A stretch of 64,000 nucleotides of DNA. It comes from Acidobacteriota bacterium. GTDB taxonomy: Bacteria > Acidobacteriota > UBA6911 > RPQK01 > JADFOI01. Under the pieces are notes generated by a model that searched no databases, was not told the DNA's origin, and saw only the letters and a list, made by a program, of their open reading frames with translations. This document shows positions 57,396 to 64,000 of the stretch, one piece after another. Position 1 is the first letter of the stretch; every line of letters begins with the position of its first letter. The DNA lies in the NCBI GenBank assembly GCA_963663035.1, contig OY760074.1:2496001-2560000 (forward strand), written 5' to 3'. The translations under genes were made by a program, and so were the position numbers.

Positions 57396-58406
57396 ATGAA
57401 AAAAGAAGAAGCTTTAGAACTTCTCAGAAAGATCGAAAAAGAGGTGAACCAAATCATCATCGGGCAGGACCGGATGATTCGTGACCTCCTGGTCGGTCTT
57501 TTCACAGAGATTCCCTATTCATTCAAGAAAGAGGAATCCAAGAATGGCCAACGTGGGGGTTGCGCTCATGTTCTGCTGGAAGGAGTACCTGGAACGGCCA
57601 AAACGTTGGCGGTAGTGGCTCTTTCCAGTGTGGTCAGCGCCAAGTTTCAGCGCATCCAGCTCACCCCCGATCTTTTACCGGCAGATATTGTGGGGACGCG
57701 TATCTTTGATCCCTCCAAGGGGACTTTTGGAGTTGAGCACGGGCCGATATTCACCAACATTCTACTTGCGGATGAGATTAACCGGGCTACCCCGAAGACG
57801 CAAAGCGCATTGCTGGAGGCAATGCAGGAACGTCAAGTCACCCTGGGAGACAACACCTTCAAATTGGACGATCCGTTCTGGGTGCTGGCAACTCAAAATC
57901 CTGTCGAGCAAGAAGGAGTTTATATATTACCCGAGGCCCAGAAAGACCGATTTTCCATGATGTTGCAAGTGGACTATCCGGAGCACAAAGACGAGTTCAC
58001 GATGCTGCAAACCGAAATGGGCAATATCACCCTGACACCTTTAATAGACCCGAAGACGGTGATTAAGATTCGAGAGTTGATCCGCGACACCTATGTCAAC
58101 GACCGCTTGAGAGAATATATTGTGCGGCTGGGAAGGGCGACTCGGGACCCCAAAGCCTTCGGACTCGACAGTATCGCGGAAGCCGTCACCGTGGGAATCT
58201 CACCTCGAGCCTACCACCACCTGCTTGCTCTTTCCAAGACCGTGGCTTTCTTCCGCGAGGGGGATTACGTGATGCCTTGCGATGTCAAGGAAATTGCTGT
58301 TCCGGCTCTCCGGCACCGGATTATTCGCAGCGTTCAGGCGGAAGCCGCCAAGATAAGCACGGACGACATTTTGAACACAATCCTCGAGGGAGTTCCCATC
58401 CCCTGA
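57396..58406 (+). CDS. moxR: MoxR-family AAA+ ATPase
   Basis: EGVPGTAKT, RIQLTPDLLPAD, LADEINR, ATQNP. Confidence 0.93.
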   Translation: MKKEEALELLRKIEKEVNQIIIGQDRMIRDLLVGLFTEIPYSFKKEESKNGQRGGCAHVLLEGVPGTAKTLAVVALSSVVSAKFQRIQLTPDLLPADIVGTRIFDPSKGTFGVEHGPIFTNILLADEINRATPKTQSALLEAMQERQVTLGDNTFKLDDPFWVLATQNPVEQEGVYILPEAQKDRFSMMLQVDYPEHKDEFTMLQTEMGNITLTPLIDPKTVIKIRELIRDTYVNDRLREYIVRLGRATRDPKAFGLDSIAEAVTVGISPRAYHHLLALSKTVAFFREGDYVMPCDVKEIAVPALRHRIIRSVQAEAAKISTDDILNTILEGVPIP

Positions 58407-58455
58407 TTGGTGACAGCTAACAACTGACCATTGGCCGCTGAAGCCTGGAACCTTC

Positions 58456-59115
58456 TTAATATTCCTTCCACTTCACCTTCTTGAAGCGTTCCCTGCGCTC
58501 TTCTTCTTCTTCCCAGGTCATGGGCCCTCGCCAACCCGCGATGTCCCATCCAGTGACCAAACCCGGCTGATTGGGGTTAGTGATCTGATGCTCATCATCG
58601 GAGGGAAGAATGGGAACGCCAGTCTCATCACGCATGACGGTGTGCTGGGGATAGTTCTGATAAAAGACCACAAAGACTCTAAGACGCACTAGACGGTATA
58701 CGCTTTGAAGCCTCCCCAACACCTGCGAGTCACTGATGTTGACCCCGTCGGCGATCATGTTCAAGTAGTCGGCCCGGTTGGCCTCGGAAAGTTCAACAAA
58801 TGTCTGCCCGCCAAAGTGGGCGGCACTCTCACTGTTGAAAAGGGCCAGATCCTCATCGGGAATGGAATCAACTCCCTTCATGATCTCGGCAGTGATGTTG
58901 TAGGGCTCGAGGGTCTTGTAACCTGGATCGCCGGGACTGGAGGGAATCAGGGTGTCACCCAACTTGGCAAAAATCAGTTCGCGATCATAGTTGGAAGGGA
59001 GAGCTCCTTCCCCCTGGCCTCGGGAAGGACTCACCTGAGATACCGCTACGGCCACGGTGCTGACGCTTCCGTGTTTGATGAATTTTCTTCGGGAAACCTT
59101 TTCCTTCTTGGACAT
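58456..59115 (-). CDS. Tat-exported gluconate-2-dehydrogenase subunit 3-like protein
   Basis: SRRKFIK twin-Arg; DTLIP; FVELS; downstream of GMC gene. Confidence 0.7.
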   Translation of the reverse strand: MSKKEKVSRRKFIKHGSVSTVAVAVSQVSPSRGQGEGALPSNYDRELIFAKLGDTLIPSSPGDPGYKTLEPYNITAEIMKGVDSIPDEDLALFNSESAAHFGGQTFVELSEANRADYLNMIADGVNISDSQVLGRLQSVYRLVRLRVFVVFYQNYPQHTVMRDETGVPILPSDDEHQITNPNQPGLVTGWDIAGWRGPMTWEEEEERRERFKKVKWKEY

Positions 59116-59127
59116 CTATTCGTTCCT

Positions 59128-60636
59128 CTAAGCTCGGGTGTAGTGGTCGGAAATGAGTCTACGCGCTGCAAAGGCAGCAGTCGTACAAACGGGGATGCAC
59201 TTGTGCCCCAGGCAGGCTCTGGGGATCACGCTTCCATCACAGATCAGCAAGTTCTCCACATCGTGCGATTCAAAATGTGGATTCACCACTGATTCCTTGG
59301 GGTCCGAGCCGGCCCGGCAAGTACCTGTGGGATGGCCTCCCCCGAAAGAGGGCGGGTCTTCTTGCTCAATGGTCCTGGCACCCATCTGCCGGTGGATCTC
59401 CCTCATGATCTCTGCGGCCCAATGCAGTTTCTTGACATTCCTGGGATCCGAATAGGGATAGGTTGTGGCTCCGGTGATGATATTGATGCTGCCTTTGACC
59501 AGCGGTGTCAAAATGCTGGCGCGAATACCACCTACGCGCCGAATGGCCGTGCGCATGTAGTCTTTGTGGGCCTGGCCGAAACGGGGTGCCAAACCTCTCA
59601 GGGCGGCCACCTGGGGGTAGGTCGGGAAGCTCATGACGGTGTCTCGAATCCCAACCATATTGTTTCCATCGGAGGGGACCTCGGGCCAAAAGTAGTGACC
59701 GTAATTTCCCGCTCCCCGTTCTGTCTTCAAATCAAAATCGTATTGGGCCCAAACGTCAGTGCCGGGTTGAATCTCCAGGTTGTTTCCCACATTGGGGTTA
59801 TCGACCAAAGTTCTATCGCCCAGTTGCTCCCTGGGCCCATAACCGGAGCGACCCAGCAAGAAGGGAGTGCCGTAGGCTCCACAGGACACGAGAACCTTGT
59901 CCGCCCTCAACTCACGGATCGTTCCGTCTTTCTGCTTCAACACCACCCCTCGGGCAATTCCCTTCTCTCCCCTTGGCTCGATGATGACCTTCTCCACTTC
60001 GACTTCCGGAATAAGCTCAACCCCGTTTTGCTCCGCCCTCCACACGTAGCCTAAAACATTGGGCTTGGAGTCATACCGACAGAAGTTACCGCGGCCGCAT
60101 AAGCCGCAGTAAATGCAATTCTTACGGCCGGTTGGAACGTAACGAGGATCTTGTCCCATCGACTCGAGAGCCTCTTTGAAGAGACGGTTGCCGGTGGTCC
60201 ACATCTCCTCGGGAACATCTCCGATATCAAACTCACGAACGATTTCCTCAACGGCGTCTTTGTATTTATCCTGGCTCCAATCGACTCCGCTTTCATCCAT
60301 CCAGTGGATGTGGTCCATCTCCTCGGGAACATAGGCATTGTTGCCCCAGTGCATGGTGCTCCCACCCACCATTTTGCAAGCCTCGGGCCACGGCCATACC
60401 CAAAAATTACTTTCGTTGTGGGACACATTGGTGAACCTCGAGCGCCGGCTGGGTACGCCGTATCCCGGGTTGAGTTTTCCCTTCAAGTGGGGCCCTGCTT
60501 CAAGCATGGCAATCCTGAGGGGTTCTCCATCGCGGGCACGCACACCATCCTCAGCCAGGTGGGCGGCAATGATGGAGCCAGCCGTACCCGCTCCTACAAT
60601 GATCAGATCATAGGGTCTTTGACTTTGATCCTGCAT
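59128..60636 (-). CDS. GMC-family oxidoreductase
   Basis: GAGTAG, VGGST, CIYCGLC...C, HPTGTCRAG, DGSV. Confidence 0.9.
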   Translation of the reverse strand: MQDQSQRPYDLIIVGAGTAGSIIAAHLAEDGVRARDGEPLRIAMLEAGPHLKGKLNPGYGVPSRRSRFTNVSHNESNFWVWPWPEACKMVGGSTMHWGNNAYVPEEMDHIHWMDESGVDWSQDKYKDAVEEIVREFDIGDVPEEMWTTGNRLFKEALESMGQDPRYVPTGRKNCIYCGLCGRGNFCRYDSKPNVLGYVWRAEQNGVELIPEVEVEKVIIEPRGEKGIARGVVLKQKDGTIRELRADKVLVSCGAYGTPFLLGRSGYGPREQLGDRTLVDNPNVGNNLEIQPGTDVWAQYDFDLKTERGAGNYGHYFWPEVPSDGNNMVGIRDTVMSFPTYPQVAALRGLAPRFGQAHKDYMRTAIRRVGGIRASILTPLVKGSINIITGATTYPYSDPRNVKKLHWAAEIMREIHRQMGARTIEQEDPPSFGGGHPTGTCRAGSDPKESVVNPHFESHDVENLLICDGSVIPRACLGHKCIPVCTTAAFAARRLISDHYTRA

Positions 60637-60875
60637 TACTCAAGGTCTCCAGTTCATGTCAAGAAAGGAAAAGAAGGTCCGACTAGGTGTGCGCTCACGA
60701 CGCATAGCTAAGATCCTCCATTAACTTATCGGAACCGATAATTGAGACTCAGAATACAACTTTAGAATCGAAAAGCAAGTGAAAAGAGGCGCTGCCTCCT
60801 GCCTCCTGCCTCCTTCTTTTCCTTGCTGTTTCTGGTGAAAAAAGTTATTCATGTGGGGTAGGGGAGAGTCGAGTT

Positions 60876-61412
60876 ATGACCTTCACAGTGACAGCAATAT
60901 TTCTTCTGCTTTCGACTGTTGCCACCGGTCAGAGCCTCCAGAAACCCACCATCTCCCTGGGCCAGGCCTTAGTTCTTCCCCTGGAGGAAGTCAGCCTCCC
61001 AGTTCAGCTGTCGGGACTGGAGGGAGAGGCCCTCGTTCACTTCAGGCTCAAAATTCAGTTCTCCGCTGTTCCACTCAACTTTGTGCGAGTAGAGATAGAC
61101 GATTCAAGAAGCACCCTCTCCATCGCTACGAACCTGGAGTCCGAAAGGCAAGATGCTGACACTCAAGAGGAGGACAAAATAGCCACCCTGCTGCTTGAAG
61201 CGACTTCCACCGAGCCCATCTCGGAAGGAGAGCTGCTGGAGTTGATCTTTGAAGCAACAGATGAGATATATGAGAACGAAGAGCTTGTGATTAAAATTTT
61301 AGAGGCTTCCCTGACAAGGGCCGATGGAGAGCAGGTCCAGGAGTTGGAGCTCGAGGACGGTAAAGTGATGATCTCAATTCCTCTTTTTTCCTGTCTCTTT
61401 TATATGCACTAG
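60876..61412 (+). CDS. Secreted cohesin-like protein ending CLFYMH
   Basis: Signal peptide; VSLPVQL, ISEGELLELIF beta-sandwich pattern. Confidence 0.6.
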   Translation: MTFTVTAIFLLLSTVATGQSLQKPTISLGQALVLPLEEVSLPVQLSGLEGEALVHFRLKIQFSAVPLNFVRVEIDDSRSTLSIATNLESERQDADTQEEDKIATLLLEATSTEPISEGELLELIFEATDEIYENEELVIKILEASLTRADGEQVQELELEDGKVMISIPLFSCLFYMH

Positions 61413-61560
61413 CCGGGATTATGCATAGGTTTTCGTGACGAAGTGCCGCAGGCGCCGCGATGACAAGGCGTGCGAGGGGTACCCGCTTGCGGGTCGCACA
61501 ACGCAGTCAGCGTGGATGATTGCGGCACTGCAGTAGAAAATTTCTGCATAATACCGGCTA
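61410..61560. mobile_element. MITE family C
   Basis: TIR TAGCCGGGATTATGCA / TGCATAATACCGGCTA; shared core. Confidence 0.8.
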
Positions 61561-61574
61561 AAGGAGGTTACTGT

Positions 61575-62942
61575 ATGTCCCGACGCATTGGAGTCATCGT
61601 TTTCTGGTGGGCATTTTGGGTTTTTGGTGTTCAGGTGATTCTGGCAGAGTGGAGCCCACCTGCGGAGATTTCGCGGGAAGAGATCCTCCAGACCTCAAAG
61701 ACCATCTTGGCCCGGCCCGACATCCCCTTAAAGATCAGAGAGGAAGTTTTTCGAATCCGCGTGCTGGAGATGGACTGGGACATGGGAGCCATGGTGTATG
61801 AACCCGAGGATCCTTCCCAGATCCCAAGCGGTCCGGATGGCAAAAAACTCGGGATATTTCTCCTTCACGGAGGATCGGGAGATCATCGAGAGACACAGGT
61901 AGTGGCCAATCTACTGGCCGGAAAGTTTGGGTTCAAGGTGGTCAGCATGACCTACCCGGGCCGGTTGTATCTGCTGGATCCGAGTCGAGACTGGCCGGGA
62001 GACACCATCAAGCCCGACGGGACAGTGCGGACGCCCATCTGGGAGAAGGATGAGATGATCACGGGGGATCAATATGAGGTGGTGGACGACCAGTCCATGA
62101 TGGAGCGCTACGGCACCGTAATCCTGGCCTGCGCCAAGGAAGACACGCCCTTTTATAACCGGATGGCCGGCTGGCCGGTGGCTTTTGAGGAAGCCGGCCG
62201 GGACCTCATGGGCCGGCACTTTCCGGCAGGGGAGTTTTCCATTTACATCCACGGCCGCTCAACGGGAGGACCTTTTGCCTTTATGCTCACCCAGAGAGTG
62301 TCCAACATTTCCGGTTTCCTGGGAATGGAGAGCTCTCCTTTTGGTTATATCTATGCCCGACAGATCAACCAGAGCTGGCATCTTCCCTTCAACTGCCTGA
62401 AAATCCGCACCTGGCGGGACGTTGCCCGCTATGAAGGCCCCGAAGCGCTGGACCGGGAAGGAGCGGAGGCTTTGAAGCGCTTGCCCATGCTGATGGAAAG
62501 GGTCTTTGAAAGCTGGGAAAGGGACACCTACAAACCTCTCTTCAAGGCGGAGTACCCGATCCACTTAAATGGCGTAGAGGCTCTGGCCGCAGCGGCCCAG
62601 GCCACAGCCCGCCGCCTGAACCTGAGCGCTGGGGAGACTGAAGAGTTGGTTCGACAGTACAAAGGTTATACCAGAGAGCTCTCCGGCCAGGGCGTCAACC
62701 CCTTCCCCCCGGCGATTTTAGGCACTGCCCTCTCCAGCTGCGACCACAGCCCCGAGATATATCAGGGGGTCGTCCTTCCCATGTTTGCCGCCATGGATCC
62801 AGCGCCGAAAGTGCACTGGGTCCGCTTTGGAGCCGGGATCCACAAATTCTTTGCCCCGCAACAGGATCTACCTCTAGGTGTGGCTCCGGCCGTGGCCCAG
62901 CTGTGGTATGAGGCCATCATGGAGGGCTATTACAGCAAGTAG
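61575..62942 (+). CDS. Secreted alpha/beta-hydrolase-fold hypothetical protein
   Basis: AAGGAGG RBS; LLHGGSGD, HGRSTGG elbow, DH, GIH. Confidence 0.65.
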   Translation: MSRRIGVIVFWWAFWVFGVQVILAEWSPPAEISREEILQTSKTILARPDIPLKIREEVFRIRVLEMDWDMGAMVYEPEDPSQIPSGPDGKKLGIFLLHGGSGDHRETQVVANLLAGKFGFKVVSMTYPGRLYLLDPSRDWPGDTIKPDGTVRTPIWEKDEMITGDQYEVVDDQSMMERYGTVILACAKEDTPFYNRMAGWPVAFEEAGRDLMGRHFPAGEFSIYIHGRSTGGPFAFMLTQRVSNISGFLGMESSPFGYIYARQINQSWHLPFNCLKIRTWRDVARYEGPEALDREGAEALKRLPMLMERVFESWERDTYKPLFKAEYPIHLNGVEALAAAAQATARRLNLSAGETEELVRQYKGYTRELSGQGVNPFPPAILGTALSSCDHSPEIYQGVVLPMFAAMDPAPKVHWVRFGAGIHKFFAPQQDLPLGVAPAVAQLWYEAIMEGYYSK

Positions 62943-62954
62943 GGGCCAGGCCGC

Positions 62955-64000
62955 TTATTCTTCCCAGCTGTAACGAAGCTGTAAACCTACAGGATCACGG
63001 CCCAGTTCCTGGGCGAATTCCTCACGCAGATAGCGGATCTTACCATCCATCACGGTCATCAGCGGATAGGTTCGGTCCAGCTGCTCCAGTGGAACCGTAA
63101 AGTAATCCTGGTTCAGCACCAGAAAGTCGGCATACTTGCCCGGCTCCAGAGATCCCAATTCGTCTTCCTTCAACAGATACTCCGAGCCCCAGACGGTGGC
63201 CATCTTCAGCACAGTGTTCCGGTCGATAGCCTGGTCAGCGGCGATGATCACCCCCTGCCGGTTCTTTCGTGTGATAAATGGCGTCATCAGCGAAAACAGG
63301 CCATTACTGACTCCACCCTCGCCTTCCCAGGCCACCTTGATCCCTGCCTCCAAGGCTCTTTTTGTGGGCATGACCCATCCCTGATACTTCTCAAAACCGT
63401 ATTTTTCAATCCAGGGTAAGCTGCGACTCAAGGCTGCTGAACCCATACCCAAGAACATTCCCAAGTTCTTGATTCGGGGAAGCTGATCGGGTCGAGGATA
63501 GAGGCCGCCGTGGTCCATGCTCAAGCGCAGCGATCGGATGTAGTCCAGCGTGATTTCCGGACTTCTCTCCATGGCCTCCTCAATGGCGTCCATGAAATGA
63601 TCGGCTGATAAGTCTCCGTAGTTGTGTCCGGCAACCACCCGAGAACCATTTGCCAGCGCCGTGACGATGGTCTGGTAATTCTTCGTTTCCTTCGAATACC
63701 GGCACCATTCATAGTAGTCTTCCTTGTTGCCCTCTGCCGCTAAAGCCTCCGGATCAATGATGGAACTACAAAAGAGCGGAGGACCGTGATCGATCATTCC
63801 CAGACCAATAGCCTGAAACCACATATATTCATTGCCCAATTGAAAAAGATCTCCCAACCGCCGGTAGAATCCCTCGGCATCCCGGTTCATGGTAAAACCG
63901 GTGTAGTGGGTAAAGCCGAAGCGAATCGGGAGTCGGTTTTCCCGAAACAGCCTCATGTAAGCATCCAGGTTCTGGATGCCCATAATATGAGAAGAAAAGG
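62955..64000 (-). CDS. Amidohydrolase-3 (YtcJ-like), C-terminal part
   Basis: GSLEPGKYADFLVL, TVMDGK; runs off window end. Confidence 0.8.
   Translation of the reverse strand, partial: FSSHIMGIQNLDAYMRLFRENRLPIRFGFTHYTGFTMNRDAEGFYRRLGDLFQLGNEYMWFQAIGLGMIDHGPPLFCSSIIDPEALAAEGNKEDYYEWCRYSKETKNYQTIVTALANGSRVVAGHNYGDLSADHFMDAIEEAMERSPEITLDYIRSLRLSMDHGGLYPRPDQLPRIKNLGMFLGMGSAALSRSLPWIEKYGFEKYQGWVMPTKRALEAGIKVAWEGEGGVSNGLFSLMTPFITRKNRQGVIIAADQAIDRNTVLKMATVWGSEYLLKEDELGSLEPGKYADFLVLNQDYFTVPLEQLDRTYPLMTVMDGKIRYLREEFAQELGRDPVGLQLRYSWEE

Noticed and set aside
61470-61574. ORF-track starts inside MITEs (61470; also 40637)
   Set aside because: They lie within repeats; downstream ATGs 61575 (with AAGGAGG) and 40691 are better

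Overview
A 64-kb bacterial window. The lineage is probably Acidobacteriota-like, inferred only from the Oar-type TonB receptor, pilus genes and heptamer repeats. The left 25 kb is heavily rearranged. It holds a putative RiPP cluster: radical SAM/SPASM enzyme, an unannotated 59-aa Cys-rich precursor ending in Ser, an HPr-kinase-like kinase and an IS-truncated nucleotidyltransferase. It also has three near-identical 1267-bp IS3-family copies, two of which bracket a type I RM remnant and two toxin-antitoxin pairs. Further along are atuA, a hidden UxxC selenoprotein (in-frame TGA plus SECIS-like hairpin), pilM/pilB, and a 2.9-kb IS1595 transporter element with passenger ORFs and a tRNA-like sequence that splits a secreted beta-helix/poly-Asp gene. 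The right 39 kb is mostly housekeeping or metabolic: ubiX, TonB receptor, F420 genes npdG-cofD-cofC-cofE, addAB-like, ferritin, CusA, amidohydrolases, MoxR/VWA and a GMC oxidoreductase. These are interspersed with REP-like palindromes and MITEs that nest in each other and often sit on stop codons. No CRISPR array, rRNA or intact tRNA was seen. All family assignments are from motif recognition by eye; no searches were run.
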